Part shown: positions 25,845 to 35,511 of the stretch, piece after piece
Layout of the letters: each line of letters begins with the position of its first letter
Position numbering within the stretch: the stretch's first letter is position 1
Notes under the pieces: model-generated
Told to the model about the DNA's origin: nothing
Database searches by the model: none
Seen by the model: only the letters and a program-made list of their open reading frames with translations
Made by a program: the position numbers and the translations under genes
Assembly: GCA_902789515.1 (NCBI GenBank)
Contig: CADAOK010000017.1
Location: forward strand, 1 to 46,305
DNA: 46,305 nucleotides
Source: Oscillospiraceae bacterium
GTDB lineage: Bacteria; Bacillota; Clostridia; Saccharofermentanales; Saccharofermentanaceae
Reading direction: 5' to 3'

Positions 25845-26792
25845 TTGTCTGACAGATCTGATATCAGGATTGTTTTTATGGGTACACCGGATTTTGCATC
25901 CGTGTGTATGGATTCTCTGGTAAATAACGGATATAACGTTGTTCTCGCAGTCTGCCAGCCTGATAAACCCGTCGGAAGAAAACATATCCTTACACCCCCT
26001 CCGGTCAAGGTGCTTGCCGGAGAAATGGGCATCGAATGCTATCAGCCGGACACTCTTAAGACGGAAGAGGCATTCGGGAAGATCAGTTCGGTTAAGCCTG
26101 ATCTGATCGTAACGGCTGCATACGGCAAGATCCTTCCGCAGAATATTTTGGATATTCCCGCATATGGCTGTCTTAACTGTCACGGAAGCCTTCTGCCTGC
26201 AAGAAGAGGTTCTGCTCCCGTGCAGAGAGCTATCCTCGAAGGCGATACCGTTACCGGTGTTACCATCATGAAGATGGATGCCGGCATGGATACCGGAGAT
26301 ATTCTTGACAGAGTTGAAGTTCCGATAGATCCGGATATCCATACGGACGGACTGATGGCTGAACTTGCAGATAAGGGCTCCAAGCTCCTTGTTGCAATGC
26401 TTGATGATTATCTTGCAGGAAAGATTACACCAACACCTCAGGACAGTTCAAAGGCTACCGTGTGTCCGCCTATCCGTCCCGAGGAAGGTCATTTCGAGTG
26501 GACAGAATCTGCCCTGAGCATCCATAACCGTATCCGCGCTTTGAGTTCCTGGCCAGGTGCCAGCACAATATCAGGCGGAAAGAAGCTTAAGATCTATGAT
26601 TCTTCAGTCGTTCCGGATGAAGGCTATGTTGAAGGGCCGGCAGGCACAGTTGTTGCCGCACATAAGTCGGATCTTATCGTAAGATGCGGCGAAGGCTGCC
26701 TTAAGATCAATACACTTCAGGCAGAGGGCGGCAAAAGGCTCAATGCATCCGACTGCGCGCACAATTACAAGGTCGGACAGAGTCTGAACTGA
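25845..26792 (+). CDS. fmt: Methionyl-tRNA formyltransferase
   Basis: IVFMGTPDFA, QPDKPVGR, HGSLLP, MDAGMDTGD. Probable TTG start at 25845 after AGGAG. Confidence 0.96.
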   Translation: MSDRSDIRIVFMGTPDFASVCMDSLVNNGYNVVLAVCQPDKPVGRKHILTPPPVKVLAGEMGIECYQPDTLKTEEAFGKISSVKPDLIVTAAYGKILPQNILDIPAYGCLNCHGSLLPARRGSAPVQRAILEGDTVTGVTIMKMDAGMDTGDILDRVEVPIDPDIHTDGLMAELADKGSKLLVAMLDDYLAGKITPTPQDSSKATVCPPIRPEEGHFEWTESALSIHNRIRALSSWPGASTISGGKKLKIYDSSVVPDEGYVEGPAGTVVAAHKSDLIVRCGEGCLKINTLQAEGGKRLNASDCAHNYKVGQSLN

Positions 26793-26802
26793 GGTATACC
26801 TG

Positions 26803-28218
26803 ATGAGCAATGATATCAGATACAAGAAGAAAGAGATAACGAATCTCATCGAAACCGGCAATGAGAGGGAACTTTGTTTCCTCATGCTCTATGAGGTGTA
26901 TGAGAACGGCGCTTTCTCCAATCTCGTGATAAAGAAAGCCGATAAGATAGCGTCAGGACTGGGCAAGAACCTGAGCTTTGTAAGGGCAATGCTGTACGGA
27001 ACTCTGACGTATTCATTTGCCATTGATTTCCTCGTGAGACACATTACCAAAGAAGCTCCCGAGGAGATGGATCCTGTATCAAGGACTATCATAAGAATGT
27101 CCGTTTGGCAGCTTCAGTTCGGCAATGACATTCCCGATTATGCCGTATGTGATTCTGCCGTTGAGATAGCCAAGAAGTATAACGGCAAGGCATCGGGTTA
27201 TGTTAATGCCGTTCTCCGTAAATACTGTAAGGCCCCTGAAGCAAAGAAATACCTTGATCAGTACAAGCCGGGCATAAGAGTATCTCTCAAACCTGAGATA
27301 TACGGTGTGCTGAAGAAGGATTTCGGCAAGCAGAGAGCTTTTGAGATCGGACAGGCATTCCTGGATCCCGTCAAGACGAAGGTCAGGTTCAATCCTGCCA
27401 GGATATCAAAGGATGAACTCGTTGAGAGCCTTGCAAAGGACGGCTTCGGTGCCGTTCCCTCAAGCTTTATGCCCAACTGCATTGCCATAGACGGCGGTGT
27501 CAGGGGTATCGAGCAGACTGATGCTTTTACCAAATACGGCGCTTTCATACAGGGTGAGGCCGCTATGCTTGCTTCGATAATCGCTGATCCGCAGGAAGGG
27601 GATAAGATCCTTGACTGCTGTGCTGCACCCGGAGGCAAGACTACTCACATGGCTGAATTATGCGGCGGCAACTGTGAGATCACTTCGCTCGACATCAATG
27701 AGTCGCGTGCCGAGCTTATTAAGGAGAACTGCGCACGCCTCGGACTTGACTGTGTTACGGTCAGATGCATGGATGCATCCAAGATATCCAAGGACAAGGA
27801 GTCCAGAAAGACATACGATCTCGTCCTCTGCGACGTGCCCTGCAGCGGCCTGGGTCTCATAGGCAAGAAGCCTGATATCAGGCTCAACATAACTTATGAT
27901 GATATTGAATCCCTGCTTTCTGTGCAGGCTGACATTCTTGAGCATGCTTCGAAAATGGTCCGCCCGGGCGGAACCCTTGTCTACTGCACATGTACCCTTA
28001 ACAGCGATGAGAACGGGGAACAAGTAGACAGTTTCCTCGAGAAGCATAAGAACTTCCATACAGTACCGATAAGGTCCTATCTGCCTGAATCCCTGTCTGT
28101 GGATGAAGAGAGGGAGGAAGAGCTTGCTGAAGGCCGTATCACTCTTTTCCCGGATACTGACGGCTGCGAAGGGTTCTTTATCTGCAGGATGGAAAGAGAC
28201 AAGAAGGATAAGGATTAA
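26803..28218 (+). CDS. rsmB: 16S rRNA (cytosine967-C5)-methyltransferase RsmB/Sun
   Basis: NusB-like N-terminus (YVNAVLR), DCCAAPGGKT, DVPCSGLG, YCTCT. Confidence 0.94.
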   Translation: MSNDIRYKKKEITNLIETGNERELCFLMLYEVYENGAFSNLVIKKADKIASGLGKNLSFVRAMLYGTLTYSFAIDFLVRHITKEAPEEMDPVSRTIIRMSVWQLQFGNDIPDYAVCDSAVEIAKKYNGKASGYVNAVLRKYCKAPEAKKYLDQYKPGIRVSLKPEIYGVLKKDFGKQRAFEIGQAFLDPVKTKVRFNPARISKDELVESLAKDGFGAVPSSFMPNCIAIDGGVRGIEQTDAFTKYGAFIQGEAAMLASIIADPQEGDKILDCCAAPGGKTTHMAELCGGNCEITSLDINESRAELIKENCARLGLDCVTVRCMDASKISKDKESRKTYDLVLCDVPCSGLGLIGKKPDIRLNITYDDIESLLSVQADILEHASKMVRPGGTLVYCTCTLNSDENGEQVDSFLEKHKNFHTVPIRSYLPESLSVDEEREEELAEGRITLFPDTDGCEGFFICRMERDKKDKD

Positions 28219-28221
28219 GCT

Positions 28222-29252
28222 GTGGGAAAGTTCTGTCTCGATCTGACATTGGAAGACCTTAAGACATGGTGCGAAGAACAGCATGTTCCTTCGTTCAGAG
28301 CAAAACAGATATATAAGTGGCTGTCTTCGGGCGTAATTGATACAGCCGAGATGACCAATATCCCCAAAGATCTCCGCGCAAGATTGGAAGAGGATTTTAT
28401 CTTTAACGGCATGACCGTCATAAATGAGTTTGTTTCCAAGATTGACGGCACGATTAAGCTCGTATACAGGCTTTACGACGGTAATGTGATCGAGACCGTA
28501 ATAATGCGCTATAAGACAGGTCCTTCGATATGTATCTCTTCGCAGGCCGGATGCAGGATGGGGTGTACTTTCTGTGCGTCAGCCAAACTCGGATTCGGAA
28601 GATCCCTTACTTCAGGCGAGATGCTGGCGCAGGTGGCTCTGTCGCAAAAGCATATAGGCGAGCGCATTCACAGTGTTGTAGTGATGGGTATAGGTGAGCC
28701 TTTCGATAACTATGAGAACACATTGGGCTTTGTAAGACTTGCCACGGACAGCGAAGGGTTCGGTCTCGGGGCAAGACACATCACTATATCGACATGCGGT
28801 CTTGTCGATAAGATCGACGAGTTCACCTTGACCTGCAGGTTAATCTTGCTATATCGCTGCATGCACCTGACGATACATTGCGCAAAGAGCTTATGCCGAT
28901 AGCGAACAAGTATCCGATCACGGATCTTATTGCCGCATGCAGGAGATACACAGAGACCACCCACAGAAGGATAACCTTTGAATATAGCTTATTCGCGGGG
29001 AAGAATGACTCGGAGGCACATGCCAGGGCCTTGGCAAGGCTTATCTCGGGCATGCTCTGTAATGTGAACCTGATAGCTGCGAATGAATTTCCCGGAAGTG
29101 ATTACAGAAGAAGTTCCAAGGATCATGTCAGAAAATTCCAGCAGACTCTTGAATCAGGCGGCATCAACGCAACTTTGAGGCGCGAGATGGGAACAGATAT
29201 CATGGCTGCCTGCGGACAGCTCAGAAGAAGTGTCGAGGAGAACAAGGGATGA
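28222..29252 (+). CDS. rlmN: 23S rRNA (adenine2503-C2)-methyltransferase RlmN, split by a frameshift near 28826
   Basis: CISSQAGCRMGCTFC and VMGIGEP in the first frame. LAISLHAP, ITFEY and IMAACGQL continue in the -1 frame from 28827. Confidence 0.93.
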
Positions 29253-29986
29253 TCTGTTTCGGTATGTCTGACAAAGGTCCGGTAAGAGAGAAGAACGAGG
29301 ACTCCTTTGGGTACGAACAGATTGGCGAATGCCTTTGCATGGCAGTTGCGGATGGTCTCGGCGGTGAGGTTTACGGTGAGATTGCCAGTTCGTTGGCAGT
29401 GGAGACCGCATTGTCTGAACTTAAAGAGAATCTTCCTTTTGTCAAAGACGAAGATCTCGGCTCTTATCTTTCAACCCTGTTCAACAAGGTCAATGTCAAG
29501 CTCCTGCTTGATTGTGCTGAGCACAGGGAAAGGCTGGGAATGTGCACGACACTGACTGTTGCCGTGATAAAGGGACAGAGGCTTACGATAGGACATATCG
29601 GTGATACCAGATGTTATCTGTGCCACGGCAGGGAGATCAGAAGGCTGACGGAAGACCACAACAAAGCCGCAGAACTGGTAAGGACCGGAGCCATATCAGG
29701 CGAAGAGGCAAAAGTGCATCCCGGTCGAAACAGACTGGTAAAAGTGGTAGGGGAAAATCAATTTTTAAATCCTGACATTTATAGTTATAATATAATTTAT
29801 GGCGATTTGGTGGTCATGTGCTCTGACGGGCTCTATGCCTTCCTCAGTGACAGTGACTGGTCGTCAGCATTGAAGGACAGATCGGGTCTCGAACCTATCT
29901 GCCGGAAGATGATAGAGTCTGCTTGCTCCAACAGGAGCTCCGATAATATGACTGTTTTGATAGCGAACACTAGTCTTAAAGTATAA
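29249..29986 (+). CDS. stp: PP2C-family Ser/Thr phosphatase (Stp1/PrpC)
   Basis: REKNED, VADGLGG, HIGDTR, CSDGL, DNMT. Lies directly upstream of the kinase. Confidence 0.93.
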   Translation: MICFGMSDKGPVREKNEDSFGYEQIGECLCMAVADGLGGEVYGEIASSLAVETALSELKENLPFVKDEDLGSYLSTLFNKVNVKLLLDCAEHRERLGMCTTLTVAVIKGQRLTIGHIGDTRCYLCHGREIRRLTEDHNKAAELVRTGAISGEEAKVHPGRNRLVKVVGENQFLNPDIYSYNIIYGDLVVMCSDGLYAFLSDSDWSSALKDRSGLEPICRKMIESACSNRSSDNMTVLIANTSLKV

Positions 29987-30007
29987 AGACGGGAGTTAGG
30001 AAAGAAA

Positions 30008-32134
30008 ATGGCAAACCAGATGCACGGCCCTGAGGGCATGGTATTTGCAAATAAATACAGGATCGTACGCCTGATAGGCAGCGGCGGAATGGCTAATGTC
30101 TATCTGGGAATAGATATGGAGACCGGCAGCAATGTTGCGGTCAAGATACTGAAGCCCGAGTTCTCATCAGATGAGGACTTTATCAGAAGATTCGATACTG
30201 AGGCCAAGGCAGTATCCTCACTCAAGCAGAATAACATTGTCAAGGTCTTCGGTGTCGGGCATGAGGGAACCTACCGTTATATCGTTCAGGAGTATGTTGA
30301 CGGTATTACTGTTAAGGACCTTATCAACCAGAACGGCCACCTTGACTGGAAGCATGCCGTCCCGATCGTCATCCAGATCGGTATGGCTCTCGATTATGCA
30401 CATACCAACGGTATCGTTCACAGGGATATCAAACCCCAGAATATACTTATCACAAGAGACAAGATTGCAAAGATAACGGACTTCGGCATTGCACGTGCCG
30501 CTTCCAGCACAACGATTACAATGACAGGCGGTGCTATGGGTTCCGTTCACTATTTCTCGCCCGAGCAGGCCAGAGGCAGCAATGTCGGCCCTCAGTCTGA
30601 CATCTATTCATTAGGCGTCACGCTTTTCGAAATGGTTACGGGACGAGTTCCTTTCGACGGAGAATCAAATGTAGCCATAGCCGTTAAGCATCTGCAGGAG
30701 ACGCCTCCGGTCGCATCCTCGATCATGCCGGGCATACCCGCAGGTCTTGATGCTATCATCAACAAGTGCATGCAGAAGTCGCCCGAGAAGCGCTATACGA
30801 CCATGCGTCAGATGGTTACCGAGCTCGATTCGCTCCTTGTTGATCCTAACGGTGTTTACGGTGTTGTAGCCAATACTCCGGATCCCGAGCCGACCGAGAC
30901 GAATATCTCTTTCAGACAGGAACCCAGCTACAACAAGATAAGTGATATCGAGAAGAGTGCCGAGTCGAGAAGACTATCCAGACTCCGCGACAACATTATC
31001 CTCATCCTTATTATTGTTGCCATTATCGGTGTTCTTGTTGCTCTCGGATCACTTGTCATCAATGCGGTTCAGAACAATACGACCATTACAGAGAATATGG
31101 ATTATGTTGTCGGCAATTATGTCGGCATGACTGTCGATGAGGTTACCAAAGAACTTGATGCCAATTCAGTTAAATATGAGATCAAGTACGAGGAGAATGA
31201 CAGTATGGAAGCGGGCATAGTTACCGCACAGAGCATCGCTGAAGGCGTGACCATCTCAAAGGACAGCACACTCAGCGTTATCCTCCTTACGGTATCTGCT
31301 ACATCTGATTCCATTATCCTTTCTGATTATTCAACGATGAACTATCAGGATGCGTATACTGCGCTGACGAATCTCGGACTCAATGTATCCCTAAGATCCG
31401 AGACATCAGAAGCAGTTGAGCCGGGTCTTGTTATAAGGACTGAACCTGAGGCAGGTTCACAGGTTGCACCCGGTGATTCGATCGTAATCGTATATGCGAC
31501 CGAGCCTACGAGCAGTGTTGTTCCTGATGTATCGGGCATGAGTGTCGAGGAAGCTTCCTCGATCCTCGGCGAAGCAAGCATCAACTACAGTTTCTCTGGA
31601 AGTCCGGAAGTAATGGTGCTGCCTGATTCACAGAAGATAATCATGTATTCCGATCCTGTTCCGGGCACTTCAGTTGCAAGGAATTCGACCATCCTGCTCT
31701 ATATCGGAACGCAGGAAGACTATAACAACGGCGGTACACCAACCCCGACGCCTCCGCAGGCTGTTATCAATATCAATACTAACGGCAGCGGATCCGCAAC
31801 CGGTGCAGGCCAGTATGATCAGGGTACACAGGTTACTCTTACTGCCACGCCCGGTGAAGGGTATGAGTTCGATTACTGGACAGACGGATTCGGCAATACT
31901 GTCGCATATTCGAATACTTACACGTTTATAGCGCAGGCAGGCGAGACGACTTATACGGCAGTATTCAAGGCTGCGCCTACGCCGACTCCTACGCCTACCC
32001 CTACACCAACACCGACTCCTACTCCGTCACCGGTGCCTGATCCTCAGCCTGATCCAAATCAGTCTGACCCGAATAATCCGAATCCCAACCCGGATCCTAA
32101 CCAGGATCCGAATGCCGGACAACCCGGATTGTGA
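30008..32134 (+). CDS. pknB: PASTA-domain Ser/Thr kinase (PknB/PrkC/Stk1) with extra C-terminal extracellular domains
   Basis: IGSGGMANVY, HRDIKPQN, DFGIA, GSVHYFSPEQ, TM segment, three PASTA-like repeats, an InlB B-repeat-like domain and a Pro-rich tail. Confidence 0.95.
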   Translation: MANQMHGPEGMVFANKYRIVRLIGSGGMANVYLGIDMETGSNVAVKILKPEFSSDEDFIRRFDTEAKAVSSLKQNNIVKVFGVGHEGTYRYIVQEYVDGITVKDLINQNGHLDWKHAVPIVIQIGMALDYAHTNGIVHRDIKPQNILITRDKIAKITDFGIARAASSTTITMTGGAMGSVHYFSPEQARGSNVGPQSDIYSLGVTLFEMVTGRVPFDGESNVAIAVKHLQETPPVASSIMPGIPAGLDAIINKCMQKSPEKRYTTMRQMVTELDSLLVDPNGVYGVVANTPDPEPTETNISFRQEPSYNKISDIEKSAESRRLSRLRDNIILILIIVAIIGVLVALGSLVINAVQNNTTITENMDYVVGNYVGMTVDEVTKELDANSVKYEIKYEENDSMEAGIVTAQSIAEGVTISKDSTLSVILLTVSATSDSIILSDYSTMNYQDAYTALTNLGLNVSLRSETSEAVEPGLVIRTEPEAGSQVAPGDSIVIVYATEPTSSVVPDVSGMSVEEASSILGEASINYSFSGSPEVMVLPDSQKIIMYSDPVPGTSVARNSTILLYIGTQEDYNNGGTPTPTPPQAVININTNGSGSATGAGQYDQGTQVTLTATPGEGYEFDYWTDGFGNTVAYSNTYTFIAQAGETTYTAVFKAAPTPTPTPTPTPTPTPTPSPVPDPQPDPNQSDPNNPNPNPDPNQDPNAGQPGL
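31976..32125 (+). repeat. Coding low-complexity repeat: (Pro-Thr)8 then P/N/D/Q-rich tail
   Basis: CCNACN x8 at 31976-32023 with varied third positions, followed by PDPQPDPNQSDPNNPNPNPDPNQDPN. Confidence 0.85.
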
Positions 32135-33048
32135 TCGTGTCTGATCCTGTATACGGAATAATCACAAAAGGTATCGGCGGCGCGTACAGCGTCCGTATTG
32201 ACGGCGGAAAGACAAGAGTCTCCTGTCAGATCAGGGGCGGTCTGCGTCTTGGCAATATCGTACCGGAACCCGGAGACAGGGTAATGATCGAACCTTCCGG
32301 AGATCCTGATCTTCCGTACGTTATATCTGAGATCCTGCCCCGGAAAAACAATCTTGTGAGACCTCCGGTTGCGAATGTTGATTATCTGATACTTACATTC
32401 TCTGTTACCGACCCGGAACCGGATCTTAAGCTTCTTGATAAACTGCTAATTATCTGTGCCAACCTTGATATCACGCCTTTGATAATCTTTACCAAGGAGG
32501 ATCTCGGAAGGGAAGCTGCCGCCAGATACTATGATGTTTATTCAGGCTGCGGCTATAAAGTGTTTATCTCTTCTAAAGACTCACCGGTTACCGCCGAAGA
32601 CCTGAGAAGCATTACCGGCAGCGGGATCGCTGCATTCGCAGGTCCTTCCGGCGTTGGAAAGAGCACGCTCTGCAACAGGATAATCGGCAGGGAACACATG
32701 GAGACGGGTAATATCTCCAGGAAACTCAAGCGCGGAAGGCATACAACCAGGCATGTTGAGCTTATTGATTTTGGAGACGGATTCATTACCGATACTCCCG
32801 GTTTTACGTCTCTTTCTCTCTTGCAGCTGGGTATAGGTTACAGGGACGTGCCTGCCGGGTATCCTGAGATCTATAAGTTTGCCGGCAAGTGTAAATACGA
32901 TGACTGCAGACACATTAAAGAAGAAGGTTGTGTCGTTAGGGATGCGCTTTCTATGGGACAGATCAGCGAAGAGCGGTATAATCGTTACCGCGAGTTCAGT
33001 GAAGAGTTATATAATGAACGTAACAATTACAAGCGGAGGAAAGCCTGA
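32131..33048 (+). CDS. rsgA: Ribosome small subunit-dependent GTPase A
   Basis: RPPVANVD, TKED, GPSGVGKST, RGRHTTR, DTPGF, CKYDDCRH..E.GC zinc finger. Confidence 0.96.
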   Translation: MIVSDPVYGIITKGIGGAYSVRIDGGKTRVSCQIRGGLRLGNIVPEPGDRVMIEPSGDPDLPYVISEILPRKNNLVRPPVANVDYLILTFSVTDPEPDLKLLDKLLIICANLDITPLIIFTKEDLGREAAARYYDVYSGCGYKVFISSKDSPVTAEDLRSITGSGIAAFAGPSGVGKSTLCNRIIGREHMETGNISRKLKRGRHTTRHVELIDFGDGFITDTPGFTSLSLLQLGIGYRDVPAGYPEIYKFAGKCKYDDCRHIKEEGCVVRDALSMGQISEERYNRYREFSEELYNERNNYKRRKA

Positions 33049-33707
33049 TGGCGGATTTTGAGTTGGCACCGTCGCTGTTGGCGGCGGATTTCGGATATTT
33101 GATGAGGGATATCAATGCGGTGGAAGGCAGCGTAAAGTATCTGCATTTCGATGTGATGGACGGCCACTATGTTGATAATATCTCATTCGGACTTCCTGTC
33201 ATCCAATCTATCCGTAAATATACAGATCTTAAGTTCTATACACATTTGATGATAACGAATCCCGAGAAATACATTAAGGCATTTGCCGATGCCGGATCCG
33301 ATATAATCACTTTCCATGTCGAATGTGCAGATGATCCGACAGCTCTGATCGACGAGATCCATTCTTATGGCTGTGAGGCAGGTGTTGCGATACATCCCGA
33401 TACGCCGATAGATGTGATTCTCCCGTTTGCCGATAAGTGTGAGCTTCTTCTCGTAATGACCGTCAGACCCGGCTTCGGCGGACAGGACTTTATGCCTGAG
33501 TCTCTATCCAGGATCAAGACAGTGCGCAAAGCTATCGATGAAGCCGGCTCTTCTGCCTGGCTCTCAGTTGATGGCGGCATCAATAAAGATACCATCAAGA
33601 CAGTTTATGATGCAGGTGCAAGTATGTTTGTTACCGGAAGTGCCGTTTTCGGTGCTGAAGATCCGGCAAAGGCCTGCTGTGAATTATCGTCATGCATTAC
33701 TGCATAA
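33048..33707 (+). CDS. rpe: Ribulose-phosphate 3-epimerase
   Basis: APSLLAADF, HFDVMDGH, MTVRPGFGGQ, VDGGIN. Confidence 0.96.
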   Translation: MADFELAPSLLAADFGYLMRDINAVEGSVKYLHFDVMDGHYVDNISFGLPVIQSIRKYTDLKFYTHLMITNPEKYIKAFADAGSDIITFHVECADDPTALIDEIHSYGCEAGVAIHPDTPIDVILPFADKCELLLVMTVRPGFGGQDFMPESLSRIKTVRKAIDEAGSSAWLSVDGGINKDTIKTVYDAGASMFVTGSAVFGAEDPAKACCELSSCITA

Positions 33708-34333
33708 TCACAAGCGGTCCGGTTAAAGATGAAGCCGCTAAAGAGATCAGCGGAACCGTCATTTGTGCTGACGGCGGTACTGATTTTGCGAAGAAACACG
33801 GCATTATTCCGTCAAAAGTCATCGGCGACCTGGATTCCGTTTCTGAATCAGGACTTGCTTTCATAAGTGAGAATAATATTCCCGTAGAGAAGTATGATGC
33901 GGAGAAGGACTGGACCGATACCGAGATTGCACTTATAGGCATACCGGACGGATCTGATGTAAAGATGGTATGTCCGCTCGGCAGCAGGATTGACCACATG
34001 ATAGGAAACATTCAGATTGCATCAGAACATGCCAAAAGACTTGGGAGCATTATGCTTACTGACGGCATAACCCGTGTTTATGTGTTGAACGGAAAAGGCA
34101 GCATTGAAGTCCATGGTCTCGATCCCGATACTGCAGTATCGCTGGTTCCGCTCAACTTTGATACGGGCGTTGCCGGAGTAACAACTCAAGGTCTGTATTA
34201 CAGATTGGAAGATGCAACGCTGACAGCCGGCAAGACGCTTTCTTTCTGCAACAAACCTGAAGATGGTGCGGAAAGCATCTCCGTTTCTATCGAAAACGGC
34301 CGTCTTGCCGTTATCGTAACAAAAGCCGTCTGA
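33692..34333 (+). CDS. thiN: Thiamine diphosphokinase
   Basis: ICADGG, IGDLDS, EKDWTDTE, RIDH. Conserved position after rpe. Confidence 0.92.
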   Translation: MHYCIITSGPVKDEAAKEISGTVICADGGTDFAKKHGIIPSKVIGDLDSVSESGLAFISENNIPVEKYDAEKDWTDTEIALIGIPDGSDVKMVCPLGSRIDHMIGNIQIASEHAKRLGSIMLTDGITRVYVLNGKGSIEVHGLDPDTAVSLVPLNFDTGVAGVTTQGLYYRLEDATLTAGKTLSFCNKPEDGAESISVSIENGRLAVIVTKAV

Positions 34334-34398
34334 AGCCCGTAATCATTGGGATACGGACAATTTTCCGTGAAGCAATTTGTATTTTTACCCCCTTAAAT

Positions 34399-34442
34399 TG
34401 AGACTTTGGCGTATTGAATGAGACTTGATATGCCAATATGAT
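34399..34442 (+). promoter_or_regulatory. Promoter with flanking TGAGACTT direct repeats
   Basis: TTGAAT (34414-34419), 17 bp, TATGAT (34437-34442). TGAGACTT at 34399-34406 and 34419-34426. Confidence 0.55.
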
Positions 34443-34460
34443 TAAACTGAAGTATCAAAT

Positions 34461-34495
34461 AAACGCACCGGTATCCTTCCGGTGCGTTTTTTGTT
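34461..34495 (+). terminator. Intrinsic terminator hairpin directly upstream of the DUF5688-like gene
   Basis: AAACGCACCGG-TATCCTT-CCGGTGCGTTT perfect 11-bp stem followed by TTTGTT. Confidence 0.8.
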
Positions 34496-34522
34496 GCGAT
34501 TTTTTATTAAGGAGGCACAAAA

Positions 34523-35485
34523 ATGCTTAGTTACGCGGAATTTAAGGACAGGGTAATGAACGAGTTTCTGGATTATCTTCCCTCAAAGTACAAAGATTGT
34601 GAGTTGAAGATCCATGAAGTTCCAAAGGTCAATAAGGTTTTGACAGGAATCGTCATTGCACCCAAGAAAAAGAGTCGGAAAGGAACGGTAATGCCTATCT
34701 TCTATATGGAGAGGCTGTATGAACAGTACCTGGAGACAGGCAATTTTGAGAGCATGATGGCAAACCAGGCTATCTACCTTGAACAGTCCAGAAGTTATGC
34801 GCCCAAAGACCTGTGCGGAACAAAACTCGAAGACTATGTAGACCGAATAGTCTTCCAGCTTGTTAACCCCATCTCGAATCTGGAACTCATTACCAGATGT
34901 CCGCATCGTGATTTTGAAGATCTCAGCATTATTTATAGGGCAATAACGGCTACGGGCAAAGAAGGAGTATCAGGCTTTCTCATTACAAATGAATTAGCTG
35001 AATCCCTCAAGTGGAACGAAGAGTTCCTGTATGAGAAGGCCTTGAAAAACACGAGAAGAGTTTTCCCGTTCATGCACCTCAGGATAGAGGACATGATGAT
35101 GAAGATCATAGGGGAGAACGGTTCCGGAGAAAGTGTCTCGAAGCTTTTCCCGGATTACGACAAGATGAGTGCGGAAGACTGTGTATATGTGATAACTAAC
35201 AGATCCCAGTTCTACGGTTCTTCTGCTCTCCTTTATCCGGAAGTCATTGGCAGGGTGGCAGACAAGATAGGCACAGATTGTTATGTTCTTCCTTCATCTC
35301 TTCATGAGATCATCGTGCTTTCAGCCAAGACTTATTCAGACAGGAACAAGCTGGTCAGTATCGTCTGCGGCACGAATGCAAAACATGTCAGGGAAGAGGA
35401 ACGACTGTCAGACAGTCTGTACTTTTTTGATATCAAAGAACGCCGTGTCAGGCGGATAGATGCTGATGATTCCATGGCATCGTGA
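34523..35485 (+). CDS. DUF5688-like family protein
   Basis: YAEFK...V.KVN..LTG, FQLVN, YVITN...YGSSALLY, YVLPSSLHEII, LSDSLY motifs. SD AAGGAGG. Confidence 0.75.
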   Translation: MLSYAEFKDRVMNEFLDYLPSKYKDCELKIHEVPKVNKVLTGIVIAPKKKSRKGTVMPIFYMERLYEQYLETGNFESMMANQAIYLEQSRSYAPKDLCGTKLEDYVDRIVFQLVNPISNLELITRCPHRDFEDLSIIYRAITATGKEGVSGFLITNELAESLKWNEEFLYEKALKNTRRVFPFMHLRIEDMMMKIIGENGSGESVSKLFPDYDKMSAEDCVYVITNRSQFYGSSALLYPEVIGRVADKIGTDCYVLPSSLHEIIVLSAKTYSDRNKLVSIVCGTNAKHVREEERLSDSLYFFDIKERRVRRIDADDSMAS

Positions 35486-35511
35486 AAGATTGTTCAAAGA
35501 AAGGAGAATCT

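Noticed and set aside
31976-32023. (CCNACN)8 as a phase-variable simple sequence repeat
   Set aside because: The unit is in-frame (6 nt) with diversified third positions, consistent with a selected Pro-Thr linker rather than a slippage switch.
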